From positions 96,001-160,000 of the forward strand of contig CAVRAY010000001.1 of NCBI GenBank assembly GCA_963719225.1: a stretch of DNA of 64,000 bases, given 5' to 3'. The DNA comes from Thermoanaerobaculia bacterium. GTDB lineage: Bacteria > Acidobacteriota > Thermoanaerobaculia > UBA5066. How positions within the stretch are numbered: position 1 is the first letter of the stretch; each line of letters begins with the position of its first letter. Below, in pieces: positions 52,117 to 62,436 of the stretch. The position numbers and the translations under genes were made by a program. A model generated the notes under the pieces. The model made no database searches and had not been told where the DNA came from. It was given only the letters and a program-made list of their open reading frames with translations.

Positions 52117-53593
52117 GCGCTCATTCCTCGCTGAAGAAGACGCGTCTTCGTCTCGGTGTAGTGCTCGAGGGCCGCCATGCCGAGCTCGCGCCCGAGGCCG
52201 CTCTGCTTCACGCCTCCGAACGGCGCCTCGAGGAAGACGCTGCGGCTGCTGTTGACGGAAAGGACGCCGGTCTCGACGGCGCGGGCGACGCGCAGGGCCC
52301 GGCCGAGGTCGCGCGTGAAGAGCGAGCCGGAAAGGCCGTAAGGCGAGCGTTCGCGAGGCGGACGGCCTCCGTCTTCGTCCTCGAAAGGGATCACGCAGAC
52401 GACGGGGCCGAAGATCTCCTCCCGGGCCACGCGCATGTCGTTCTTCACGTCGGCGAAGACGAGCCGGAGTGAGGTAGCTGCCCCGGCGCGAGAGCGGGAT
52501 CCTGGGAACTTCGCCCCCGCACAGACGCTTCGCGCCCTCGCGCTCGCCGATCGAAACGTAGCCGCGCACCTTTTCACGCTGTGCGGGCGTGACGAGCGGG
52601 CCCATCTCGGTTCGCGCCTCGAGCGGGTTTCCGACCCGGATCGCGCGCGTCTTCTCCGCGAGGTCGGCGACGACACGGTCGTAGATTTTCCGCTGGACGA
52701 GGAAGCGCGAGCGCGCGCAACAGTCCTGGCCGGCGTTGTCGAAAGCGCTCCAGAGGGCGGATCCGAGGCAACCGTCGAGGTCGGCGTCCTCGAAGATGAG
52801 GCACGCGGACTTTCCGCCCAGCTCGAGAGAGACGCGTTTGATGCCGTCGGCGGCGAGGCGCATGACGCTCTCGTCCCGCCTCGGTCGAGCCCGTGAAGGA
52901 GACTTTCCTCACGAGGGGATGCGACACGAGAGCCGCGCCGACGGTCTCGCCGGGCCCGGGCAGGACGCTGGAGCGCTCCGGGAGGCACCCCCGCTTCCAG
53001 CGCGAGCTCGCCGAGCCGGAGCGCGGAAAGAGGCGTGTCGCTCGCGGGCTTGAGCAGGACCGTATTGCCCATCGCGAGCGCGGGCGCGATCTTCCACGTC
53101 GCGATCGCGAACGGGAAGTTCCACGGCACGATCAGGGCGCAGACGCCGAGCGGCTCGCGAAAGGTCAGGCTCGTGCCGGCGGCGGAGACGGGGAGGGTCT
53201 GGCCCGCGAACTTCGTCGCGGCGCCCGCGTAATACTCGAAGCAATCGGCGCCGAGCAGGATCTCGCCGCGCGCCGAAGCCAGCGGCTTGCCGACGTTGCG
53301 GCTTTCAAGGAGGGCGAGCGCGTCCGCGTGTTCGCGCGCACGAGCGCCGCGAGGCGGAACAGGGCGGCTGCGCGATCCTTCGGGGTCCGGCGGCGCCAGT
53401 CGCTCCGGAACGTCGCGTCCGCGAGCCGCGCGGCGCGGTCGACGTCCTCGGGCGCGGCCTCGGCGACGGAAGCGATCTCCTCGCCGGTCGCGGGATCGTG
53501 CACGAGCCGCCGTGCTCCCGCCGCGCCCTCGGTCCTCTCCCCGTCGAGGCAAAGGCCGGCAAACGGTGGGCCGGGGGGAGCGGCGGCCGCCAT
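52104..53593 (-). CDS. Aldehyde dehydrogenase, frameshifted
   Basis: PWNFP, FTGST, LELGGK, GQDCCA, EEIFGP, PFGGVK in different frames. Confidence 0.85.
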
Positions 53594-53637
53594 CCCGCGG
53601 AGCTTACCGCCGGACGGCTAAGTGGCGGTTCATCCAG

Positions 53638-54057
53638 TCAGAGGCCGAGAATTCTCAGGAGGCGTGCGGTGGGGTAGGCGATGAGAGGGAGCTCCTCGAA
53701 GTCGCGATCGTTGGACCAGATCGGAATTCCGAGCTTCAGAGCGAGCGCTGCCAAGGGGATATCGCTGGGATCGCGGTGTCCGAGATAGCTACGCGCTTCG
53801 GTGATGTGGCTTCGGTAATACGACTCGGGCACGACCTCGACTGGCAGCGCGGCAAGCTGAGCGCTGACCGCGGGTCGAGTGAGGCGGTACCTGGCCGCAA
53901 GCACCGGTAGTTTCTCCTTGGTCTCGGCGAGAGTTACTTCGGTGGTGACGACCGAAAGGGCGTCGGAACGAAAGACCCGTCGGGCAGCGCCGTTGACGGC
54001 GGCCGAAAGCAGAACATTAGCGTCGGCCGCGATTTTTCCCGAGGGCCTGGATGTCAC
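53638..54057 (-). CDS. PIN-domain toxin
   Basis: ADANVLLSA, DPSDIP, IWSNDRDF. Confidence 0.85.
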   Translation of the reverse strand: MTSRPSGKIAADANVLLSAAVNGAARRVFRSDALSVVTTEVTLAETKEKLPVLAARYRLTRPAVSAQLAALPVEVVPESYYRSHITEARSYLGHRDPSDIPLAALALKLGIPIWSNDRDFEELPLIAYPTARLLRILGL

Positions 54058-54298
54058 GTTCGATCTGCGCTTCGGTGATCCCGCGGGCTCGAAGCTGGCG
54101 CGCCAGGCGGGCGCTCGTCTTGCGGTAGAGCTTGCGGCGTTCGGCAATGGAGATGCTCTCGTCAGGATCGGGAAGGGGATGAAAAACGCCGAGGATCTTC
54201 CCTCGCGCCGTTACGAGGACGGACTCCGTCGTCTGCGAGCGCTGAGGCAGCTCGCTGAACGGCACCGTCTTCATCGGACGTAGCGTGGCGGCCTTCAT
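54017..54298 (-). CDS. Putative antitoxin
   Basis: Small basic ORF overlapping PIN start; VLVTARGK Phd-like. Confidence 0.65.
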   Translation of the reverse strand: MKAATLRPMKTVPFSELPQRSQTTESVLVTARGKILGVFHPLPDPDESISIAERRKLYRKTSARLARQLRARGITEAQIERDIQALGKNRGRR

Positions 54299-54344
54299 GA
54301 CTTTCCCCAAGGCTGAGTCTATCCCTCGGGAACTTGGCGCCCTA

Positions 54345-55466
54345 TCAGTCTAAGAGACGAGACCGCGCCTTAAACCACTCCCGGTCAACACCCTCTTCAT
54401 GCCTTTTCAGATAGGCGTCGCCCGCGGCCATCATTCCGACTTCCTTCGCGAGCTTCTTCACGTGTGCGTTTGCCCCGCTGTAAGCGAGTACCTGCAGTGC
54501 CCTGTCGCGGTCAGCAGCCGGTACACTCAGTGCGATCTCGACAATCTCGTCCTCGTGCCCCGAGATACCGATTCGAGCCACCGCGCCCCACGCGGTCAGA
54601 CAACTGTTGCAAGGGGACTGCCGGAGAAGCCAGAGAACGTCTGGCAGGAATCGCTTGTCCGCCGGCGAGTGCCCGAGCTGCCTTAGAAGATCCCCTCCAA
54701 GCCGCCCAGACAGCGGATCCTCCTGCCGCAGGTCGATGCCCCCGCTCACCCCTTTAAGGTTGGCAGTCCGCCGAATCAGGTCTCGGACGAATCGGACGCC
54801 ATCATCGCCGCCACTTCTCGAAAGCGCCACATTCACTGCGATCACGGAGCCGGCGTTCTTCTCTCGGGATAGCGCTTCCCGAAGAACTGGCTGCGCCTCC
54901 GTCAGACCAAAAAGGCCTATCGGCTCAACCGCACCCGAGTAGTAATCCGCCCGAAATAGTGAAGCGGCAACCGGGAAGTCGGCCGGTTGACGATATTCGG
55001 CCAGCGCCTCGATGAGATGCGTGCGCAGAGCGAGCCGCTGCCGTGCCGCGGCGTGTGCCGCCTCCGTCTCCCCTGTAGCTACCCTTAGGATTTCGCTGTG
55101 GCCGGCTTTTGAACGCTCCCGGCCAAGTGCGAGCGCGGCCAGGCCACGAAACCCCGGCTCCAGGGTGGGGTCCTTTAGCATGGCCGTAAGCGCCCTCTCG
55201 CCATTCTCCTTTCCGGCTCGCATACAGATCCTCGCCGCTGCGAGGCGCACGTATGGCTGTGGGTCCTCAAGAAGCTCGCTCGCAACGGACACCGCGCGTC
55301 CCGGGTCTATGCGGCTGAGGCGCGACAGTGCGGGCGCGCGCTCCGACTCTTCGAGCTTTTTGTCACGGGCCTTCGCCACGAGTCCTGTCGATTCGTCCAC
55401 GCCAATTAGCAATGGCAGCGTTGCCATCCCAATCAGGAACGTTAGGATCGCGACACTCCTGAACAT
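54345..55466 (-). CDS. Exported HEAT-repeat protein
   Basis: Signal-like N-term; LLEDPQPYVRLAAA repeats; atypical codon usage. Confidence 0.65.
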   Translation of the reverse strand: MFRSVAILTFLIGMATLPLLIGVDESTGLVAKARDKKLEESERAPALSRLSRIDPGRAVSVASELLEDPQPYVRLAAARICMRAGKENGERALTAMLKDPTLEPGFRGLAALALGRERSKAGHSEILRVATGETEAAHAAARQRLALRTHLIEALAEYRQPADFPVAASLFRADYYSGAVEPIGLFGLTEAQPVLREALSREKNAGSVIAVNVALSRSGGDDGVRFVRDLIRRTANLKGVSGGIDLRQEDPLSGRLGGDLLRQLGHSPADKRFLPDVLWLLRQSPCNSCLTAWGAVARIGISGHEDEIVEIALSVPAADRDRALQVLAYSGANAHVKKLAKEVGMMAAGDAYLKRHEEGVDREWFKARSRLLD

Positions 55467-55471
55467 ACCCG

Positions 55472-57109
55472 TCAGCTCTTGCTGATGAAGCCCCACGGCG
55501 CGGCCTGACGCGCGTGGGGATCGAAGACGCCGCGCGGGAGGGCGTGCGTCGGAAGCGCAAGCGCGCTGCCGGGCCGGACGACGGCCATCATGGTGTCGCG
55601 GTGGGTCTTCACGAGGCGGCGCACGCTCTCACCGGCCGCGGCCTCGAGGAGTATCGGCGCCGACTCGGGCCCCATCTTCGCGAGGTAGGCCTCCCAGATC
55701 GCCTCGACGACGGGCATGCCGCGGAACGTCACGTTCGGCATCTTCCAGAACGCCGCGCTCAGCCGCTTCATCTTTTCCTCGAGCGCCTCGGGATGGTCGA
55801 GCGGCTCGTTCTCGAAGGGCGTGTGCGGTTTCGGAATGAACGCGTTCACCGTCGGGACGAGGGTGCCCACGCGCCCGCGTTTTCGGCCTTCTTCGAGGAA
55901 CACGAGGCGCAGGGCGTCCACGAGACCGACGACGTCGTCCACGTCCCCGTCGGTCTCGCCCGGCAGGCCGACCTGCAGGTAGAGCTTGAGCTGCGTGATT
56001 CCCGATCGCGCGATGAGACGCACCTTCTCGAAGAGCATCTCGTCGGAGACTTTCTTGTTGATCGCGCGGCGGAGGCGCTCGTTGCCGGCTTCGGGCGCGA
56101 TCGCGAGCGCGCGCTCGCCCTGCGCCGTCAGAATCGAGAGGATCTCCTCCGAAATCGCGTCGATCTTCACGGAGGAGAGGGCCACGTGGTAATCGAGCGC
56201 CTGGAGGCCGCGGAGGATCGGGAGGATCTCGGGATGGTCGGCGACGGCCGTCGCGATGAGGCCCGCGCGCGACGTGAGAGGGCGGTTCCTGCGGGCGATC
56301 TCGAGCACCGCGTCGGCGGTCACGCGGACCTGCGGGGCCATCGCGTAGGCGGCCCAGCAGAAGCGGCACATCTCCGAGCAGCCGCGCGCGATCTCGATGA
56401 GGAGCTTGTCCGAGAGCTCGGTGTGCGGCGTGAGGAGCGTCGTGTGCGGCGGCTCGCGGAGCGCGCCCTCGCCGGCCTTGAACTGCTGGACGACGATCTT
56501 TCCGTCCTCCGCGCCCTCGGCGCGCGCTCCGTGGACGGCCGGCACGTAGAGGCCCTTGAGCTCCGCGAGGGCGGCGAGCGTGGCTTCGCGCGTGAGGTCG
56601 CGCCGGAGCACGTCCGCAAGGGAGGGGACGATCTTCTCGGCGTCGCCCATGGCGAAGACATCGACCCACGCCGCGAGTGGCGCGGGATTGATGCGCGCGC
56701 AGTCGCCGCCCACGAGGACGATCGGGTCGCCTTCGCCGCGTTCCGTGCGGTCGAGAGGGATGCGCGCGGCGGGGAGCAGGCGGAGGAAGTTGACGTAGTC
56801 CATCTCCCACGAGATGGAGAACGCGACGAGGGGGAAGTCGCCGAGCGGGGTATCCGTCTCCAGCGTGCGCGGCCCGCGCCAGTCGGCGTCCTCGTCAGCG
56901 AAGAACCGGTCGCAGGCGACATCCTCCTCGCGGTTCAGGAGGCGGTACACCCACTGGAAGCCGAGGTTCGACATCCCGATCTCGTAGGAGTTCGGAAAGC
57001 CGAGCGCAACACGCGTGCGCCCGTGGCGCGAGAGCGCCTCCGTCGGACGCTCATGGGACAGCAGCATCCGGCGGCGCGAGGCGGAGGAGGGAATTTGAGG
57101 GGAGGGCAT
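55472..57109 (-). CDS. B12-binding-type radical SAM protein
   Basis: FPNSYEIGMSNLG, RGCSEMCRFC, APEAG, PKPHTPF. Confidence 0.9.
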   Translation of the reverse strand: MPSPQIPSSASRRRMLLSHERPTEALSRHGRTRVALGFPNSYEIGMSNLGFQWVYRLLNREEDVACDRFFADEDADWRGPRTLETDTPLGDFPLVAFSISWEMDYVNFLRLLPAARIPLDRTERGEGDPIVLVGGDCARINPAPLAAWVDVFAMGDAEKIVPSLADVLRRDLTREATLAALAELKGLYVPAVHGARAEGAEDGKIVVQQFKAGEGALREPPHTTLLTPHTELSDKLLIEIARGCSEMCRFCWAAYAMAPQVRVTADAVLEIARRNRPLTSRAGLIATAVADHPEILPILRGLQALDYHVALSSVKIDAISEEILSILTAQGERALAIAPEAGNERLRRAINKKVSDEMLFEKVRLIARSGITQLKLYLQVGLPGETDGDVDDVVGLVDALRLVFLEEGRKRGRVGTLVPTVNAFIPKPHTPFENEPLDHPEALEEKMKRLSAAFWKMPNVTFRGMPVVEAIWEAYLAKMGPESAPILLEAAAGESVRRLVKTHRDTMMAVVRPGSALALPTHALPRGVFDPHARQAAPWGFISKS

Positions 57110-57178
57110 GGGACTTGCGGTCTAGACCCGCGTCGTCCGGTATTGTATCGGGACGAGAAACCCGGGAGGAGAGCGTCC

Positions 57179-59575
57179 ATGAAAGCAGCCGTTTCGAGAG
57201 TGGCCAGCGGTCTTCTTTTCGTTCTTCTTGCGGGTGTCGCGCGAGCCGCCACCGTCACGCCCGACCCCTGGCCCCGTGAGTTCACGACGCCGAAAGGCAA
57301 CACGGCGATCATGTACCAGCCCCAGTTCGAGACCTTCAAAGGGGACACGATGAGCGGCCGCGCCGCCATCTCGGTGCTGAAGAAGGGTGAGCCGGCGCCG
57401 AAGTTCGGCGTCATCTTCTTCACGGCTTCCGTCTCCGTCGACCGGGACGACCGCTCGGTCCAGATCCGGCGAATCAAGGTGAACCGCGTCCGCTTCCCGA
57501 ACATCACGCCCGAGAAGGAGAAGAAATTCGCCGGAATCGTCGAGGCGGAGGTCCCGAAGTGGAATCTCGTCCTCTCGTACGACCGCGCGATCGAGAACGT
57601 GAAGGTCGCCGAACGCGAGAGGAAGAGCGCGCAGGGCCTGAAGAACGATCCGCCGAAGGTGCTCTTCGCCGAGGAGCCGACGGTCCTCGTCACGCTCGAC
57701 GGCGAGCCGCAGCTCCGCGACGTCGAAGGAGCCCCGCTGAAGGTGGTCGTCAACACGGCCCTGTTCATGGTCCTCGATACGCGCAACAACCGCTATTACC
57801 TCTCGGGAGGAAAGCGGTGGTGGTACGAGGCGCCCGACGCGAAGGGGCCCTGGCGCTCGATCGGCGGCCCGCCCGCAGACATCGCGGACCTGGCCGCGAA
57901 GGCCGCCGAGGCAGAGAAGAAGATCGACAAGGAAACCCCCGCCGACGACGGCACCGAGGCGGCAAGCCCGCCGAGGATCGTCGTCTCGACGGAGCCCGCC
58001 GAGCTCATCGTCTCCGAGGGTAAGCCCTCCTTCAAGCCCGTCGCGGGAGCGGGAGCGGATCTCCTCTCGATGGAGAACACCGAGAGCGACGTCCTCCTCG
58101 ACGTGGCGACGCAGGATTACTACGCGCTCCTTTCGGGGCGGTGGTTCCGGAGCAAGGCGCTCGACGGGGGAGGGTGGGCCTACGTTCCACCGGACTCGCT
58201 CCCCGCGGCGTTCGCGAAGATCCCGCCGGACTCGGACGTCGGCGACATCCGGGCGAGCGTGCCGGGCACCGACGAGGCCGAGGACGCCGTCCTCGACGCG
58301 CAGATTCCCCAGACGACTGCCGTCAAGCGCGCCGACGCGAGGCTCGACGTGCAGTACGACGGCGAGCCGAAGTTCGTCGGAATCGAGGGCACGAGAACGG
58401 AGTACGCGCTCAACACGGCGACGTCCGTCCTCAGGATCCGCGGCCGCTACTACGCGTGTGACAACGCCGTGTGGTACGTCGCAGACTCGCCGACGGGCCC
58501 GTGGCTCCTCGCGGATTCCGTTCCCCAGGACGACCTGGAGCAGCTCCCGCCGAGCGTGCCCGTCTACAACGTCAAGTACGTCCAGATCTACGACGCGACG
58601 CCCGAAGTCGTGTACGTCGGCTACACGCCCGGCTACATCGGCGCCTACCCCTGGTACGGGACGGTCGTGTGGGGGACGGGCTGGCATTACCGTCCGTGGA
58701 TCGGCTCGACGTTCTGGTGGCCTCGCCCCTACACGTGGGGTTTCCACGCTCACTACACGCCCTGGTCCGGATGGGGCTTCGGTTCGTCCTGGAGCTATCC
58801 ATTTTTCCGCGTGAGCCACGGCTGGGGCGGCTGGTTCCGTCCGGCCGGCTGGGCACGCGCGCCCTACTGGGGCGGCGGGTACCGCAGGGGATGGTTCGGT
58901 CCGGGCGGGTACCGGCCTCCAACCGCCATCATGAACAACTACAGGGCCTCTCGCCCGGGCGGCGTCCGCCCTCCGGGTTGGAATCGTCCAATGGCTGGCT
59001 CCGGCGGTCTGCACCGCCCGCTCGTGCCGGGTCGCGCCGTGACCGGCCGGCCGGCCATCGGCTTCCATCCACCCGCGCGAGACGTCGGGGCGCTGAAAAT
59101 GCAGAACAACCTCTACACGAGACTCCCCGGAACGTCGCGCGTCCTTCCGAAGGCGACGTCACTCGACAGGTCGCGGGCGGTGACCGGCCGACAGAACAAC
59201 GTCTATGCCGACAAGAACGGCGACGTCTACCGAAAGACGCGAGAGGGCTGGCAGCAACGCTCGAACGGCACGTGGAGGAGCTCGGGCGGAGGGACGGGCT
59301 CGGGCCCGAAAACCTACGTCAAGCCGGGCGGACAGGGGCACGCGGTACATTCGCCCGCGCCTCTCGTGCGGCCCGCGCCGCGTCCGGAGCTGGAGCGCGA
59401 TTTCTCGGCACGGCAGCGTGGCGAAGCGCGCGCGCAGAGCTGGTCGCGTCCCGCGGCGCCGCAGGCTCATGTGGCGCCGCAGGCACATGTGCCACAGGCT
59501 CGTGTGGCGCCGCCGGCTCGCGTGGCGCCGCGCGGTCCTGCGCCGTCGGAGCACGGGGAACGGAAGAAGCGCTAG
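57179..59575 (+). CDS. Large secreted hypothetical protein with Gly/Trp/Arg-rich tail
   Basis: Signal peptide, DPWPR, repeated W-Y/F...GPW units, [21 protein letters not shown]. Confidence 0.75.
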   Translation: MKAAVSRVASGLLFVLLAGVARAATVTPDPWPREFTTPKGNTAIMYQPQFETFKGDTMSGRAAISVLKKGEPAPKFGVIFFTASVSVDRDDRSVQIRRIKVNRVRFPNITPEKEKKFAGIVEAEVPKWNLVLSYDRAIENVKVAERERKSAQGLKNDPPKVLFAEEPTVLVTLDGEPQLRDVEGAPLKVVVNTALFMVLDTRNNRYYLSGGKRWWYEAPDAKGPWRSIGGPPADIADLAAKAAEAEKKIDKETPADDGTEAASPPRIVVSTEPAELIVSEGKPSFKPVAGAGADLLSMENTESDVLLDVATQDYYALLSGRWFRSKALDGGGWAYVPPDSLPAAFAKIPPDSDVGDIRASVPGTDEAEDAVLDAQIPQTTAVKRADARLDVQYDGEPKFVGIEGTRTEYALNTATSVLRIRGRYYACDNAVWYVADSPTGPWLLADSVPQDDLEQLPPSVPVYNVKYVQIYDATPEVVYVGYTPGYIGAYPWYGTVVWGTGWHYRPWIGSTFWWPRPYTWGFHAHYTPWSGWGFGSSWSYPFFRVSHGWGGWFRPAGWARAPYWGGGYRRGWFGPGGYRPPTAIMNNYRASRPGGVRPPGWNRPMAGSGGLHRPLVPGRAVTGRPAIGFHPPARDVGALKMQNNLYTRLPGTSRVLPKATSLDRSRAVTGRQNNVYADKNGDVYRKTREGWQQRSNGTWRSSGGGTGSGPKTYVKPGGQGHAVHSPAPLVRPAPRPELERDFSARQRGEARAQSWSRPAAPQAHVAPQAHVPQARVAPPARVAPRGPAPSEHGERKKR

Positions 59576-59651
59576 CGCGTTAGGATGGACGCCGACTCCC
59601 CGACGGAACTTTCCGGGCCAATTCGCGTTTGGTGAGTGTGAGGAGACGGCG

Positions 59652-60095
59652 ATGTATTACGTGATCGGAGCGAATGGAAGCCAATACGGCCCGGTCGACG
59701 AGGCGACGATCCGCGCATGGATCGCGGAAGGCCGCGTCGCCGCGCCGAGCCTGTCCTTCAAGACGGGCGAATCCGGCTGGGTTCCGCTTCAGACCCGCGA
59801 AGAATTCCGCGATCTCCTGGCGGCGGCGCCCGCCACGCCGGTCGACGCGACCGTATCGGTCGTGCCGGCGCCGGCTGCGCGTCCCGCCGATGCGAAAGAG
59901 TGGCTCGTCGCCCTGCTCCTCTCGATCTTCCTCGGCACGTTCGGCGTCGACCGCTTCTACATCGGGCACGTGGGTCTCGGGCTCCTGAAGCTCTTCACGT
60001 TCGGCGGCTGCGGCATCTGGTGGCTCGTGGACGTGATTCTCATCGCCACGAACTCGCTGAAGGACTCGCAGGGTCGGCCTCTCGTCAAGACCTGA
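59652..60095 (+). CDS. GYF_2 + TM2 domain protein
   Basis: QYGPV; [11 protein letters not shown]...GIWWLVD. Confidence 0.88.
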   Translation: MYYVIGANGSQYGPVDEATIRAWIAEGRVAAPSLSFKTGESGWVPLQTREEFRDLLAAAPATPVDATVSVVPAPAARPADAKEWLVALLLSIFLGTFGVDRFYIGHVGLGLLKLFTFGGCGIWWLVDVILIATNSLKDSQGRPLVKT

Positions 60096-60098
60096 GCC

Positions 60099-60716
60099 TC
60101 AGGGTGCGGTGGCGGATTCGCGGGGTGCGGGCGGAATGCGCGCGCCGTTCACCGTCACCTCCGCCTTCCATCCGAAGGCCGAGGCGGCATCCGTGAAGAG
60201 GTCGCGGGCGTGCGCGGAGGACTTTTCGAGAAGGCCGGCGTCTTTCGCCGCGCGCGCGAGCGAGCCGCGCGCCCACTGGGTCCAACGCGTTCGGTCCATC
60301 GGGGTGATCGGATTGAGCCATCCGGAACGCTCGTCGAACCACTCGAGGCGGTCGTCGACCGAAAGGACCTGCGGCGCCGGGAGACGCACGAAGACGATCC
60401 GCCGGACCGCATCGGCCTCGACGTCGAAACCCCGCGCGAGATCGAATCCCCCCATGACCTTTCCGCGCAGGCGCAGGGTGGCGTTCTTCGGGATGTCGAA
60501 GACGAGGACCGTCTTCACCTCCTCGTAGCGCACGACGTCGGCGATCTCCATCTCGATCGTCGCGAGACGCGCGATGCGCCGCACGGCCTGGACCACGGGA
60601 GCGGAGGAAACCGCGTCGCGGCGGGTGCGCCACCGGCCCGTGAGGAATCCCGCCAGAAAGACGGCGAGAACGGCCGCGAACGCGGCGAGGACACCGAGAA
60701 TCAGCCGATGGCGCAT
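60099..60716 (-). CDS. DUF4230-like protein
   Basis: N-term TM; GKVMGGFDL, LPAPQVL. Confidence 0.75.
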   Translation of the reverse strand: MRHRLILGVLAAFAAVLAVFLAGFLTGRWRTRRDAVSSAPVVQAVRRIARLATIEMEIADVVRYEEVKTVLVFDIPKNATLRLRGKVMGGFDLARGFDVEADAVRRIVFVRLPAPQVLSVDDRLEWFDERSGWLNPITPMDRTRWTQWARGSLARAAKDAGLLEKSSAHARDLFTDAASAFGWKAEVTVNGARIPPAPRESATAP

Positions 60717-60863
60717 CGCGCTCCAGCCTATCCGAACCGCCCGTTTTCGTGCGGCCGGTGCCCTGAATGATGCATTTTCATCGGCGTCGAGGCGCGGAAG
60801 CGGGCGCTAGAATCGGCACTCTTCCTGCACGCAACCCGTCGGGAACGACTTTGGAGGCTTGAG

Positions 60864-61808
60864 ATGAACGCTTTTCGCACCGCTCGCGCGCTCCTGGGCG
60901 CGGTTCTCGCTTTTCTCCTGCTCCCCGCGACGCTTTCGGCCATTCAGCAGGGCCGGATCTCCGGCAAGGTCACGGACGGCAAGGGCGCCGTCCTTTCGGA
61001 CGTCAAGGTCACGATCACGACGAAGGCCATCTCGAACTTCAAGGTCGAGCTCAAGACCGACAAGGACGGGAAATACGGGACGATCCTGAACGACTCGACC
61101 CAGACCTATCACTACCGCTTCGAAAAGCAGGGCTTCATGCCCGTCGAGCAGGACAAGAAGGTCCCGATCGGCGGCTCCGAGACCATGGACGTTCAGCTTC
61201 TGACGCAGCAGCAGGCCGTCGAGAAGGGCGTCGTCAAGCAGGTCGAGGACCCCTTCACGACGAGCTACAACGCGGCGGTCGAGGCCTATCAGGCCGGCGA
61301 TCTGGAGGCGGCGTTCGCGAAGTCGCAGGAAGCCATCAAGCTGGGATCCGACAAGGCGATCGCCTACAACCTGGGCGCCACGATCGCTTTCAAGAAGAAA
61401 GACTGGGACTCGACGATCGCGCTCGGCGAGAAATCACTCGCCCTGGAGCCCGACAACTCGTCTCTCGTCGGCATGCTTATGGACGCCCATCGCGCGAAAG
61501 GCGACAAGGCGAAGGCTCTGGAGTACGAGAAGAAGTACATCGCGGCGAATCCGGACCAGCCCGAGATCCTCTACAACCGGGCGGTCGAGCTCTACAACAA
61601 GAACGATTTCAAGGGCGCCGAGCCGCTCCTCAGGAAGGTCGTCGAGGGAAAGCCCGATTTCGCGAAGGCGCATTACCTGCTCGGCATGTCTTACGTGAAC
61701 CTGAACAAGATCCCGGACATGAAGAAGCACCTATCCGAATACCTCAAGCTCGATCCGAAAGGCTCGGACGCGGGCACGGCGAAAGAGATGCTCGAAGCCT
61801 TCAAGTGA
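60864..61808 (+). CDS. Secreted carboxypeptidase-regulatory-like domain + TPR protein
   Basis: GRISGKVTD, TDKDGKY, TPR repeats. Confidence 0.85.
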   Translation: MNAFRTARALLGAVLAFLLLPATLSAIQQGRISGKVTDGKGAVLSDVKVTITTKAISNFKVELKTDKDGKYGTILNDSTQTYHYRFEKQGFMPVEQDKKVPIGGSETMDVQLLTQQQAVEKGVVKQVEDPFTTSYNAAVEAYQAGDLEAAFAKSQEAIKLGSDKAIAYNLGATIAFKKKDWDSTIALGEKSLALEPDNSSLVGMLMDAHRAKGDKAKALEYEKKYIAANPDQPEILYNRAVELYNKNDFKGAEPLLRKVVEGKPDFAKAHYLLGMSYVNLNKIPDMKKHLSEYLKLDPKGSDAGTAKEMLEAFK

Positions 61809-62422
61809 CGCCCTTCCTGATCGGCATCGCGGGCGGGACGGGCTCGGGCAAGACCACCGTCGCGAACGCGATCGTCACGCGCGTGGGAGCGGAGCGCATC
61901 GCGATCCTCTCCCACGATTCGTATTACCGCGACTTCGTCGACCTTCCGAAGGACATCCTGGACCGCCAGAACTTCGACCATCCGGACTCTCTCGAGAGCG
62001 AGCTCCTCGTGCGCCATCTCAAGGCCCTCAAGCAGGGGATGGTCGTCGAAACGCCGATCTACGACTTCAAGGTCCACCGCCGCGCCGCCGAGACGCGCCG
62101 GGTCGAGCCGCGCAAGGTGATCCTCGTGGACGGGATCCTGATCTACGCCGAGCCCGAGCTGAGGAAGCTCTTCGACGTCAAGATCTACGTCGACACGGAC
62201 GCCGACATCCGGCTCATCCGCCGGCTGAAGCGCGACATCGAAGAGCGCGGCCGCAGTGTCGAGAGCGTCGTCAAACAGTACGAGTCCACCGTGCGCCCCA
62301 TGCACCTGGAGTTCGTCGAGCCGTCCAAGCGATACGCGGACCTCATCGTGCCCGAAGGCGGCGAGAACATGGTCGCGCTGGACTTTCTCTTCGCGCGTCT
62401 CCGCGAGCTCCTGCACGACTGA
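61805..62422 (+). CDS. udk: Uridine kinase
   Basis: GGTGSGKTT, NFDHP, EPSKRYAD. Confidence 0.95.
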   Translation: MTPFLIGIAGGTGSGKTTVANAIVTRVGAERIAILSHDSYYRDFVDLPKDILDRQNFDHPDSLESELLVRHLKALKQGMVVETPIYDFKVHRRAAETRRVEPRKVILVDGILIYAEPELRKLFDVKIYVDTDADIRLIRRLKRDIEERGRSVESVVKQYESTVRPMHLEFVEPSKRYADLIVPEGGENMVALDFLFARLRELLHD

Positions 62423-62436
62423 GCGCGGCCGCGCTG

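Noticed and set aside
50742-53593. Programmed ribosomal frameshifting
   Set aside because: Too many shifts and no slippery sites noticed; error or decay is simpler
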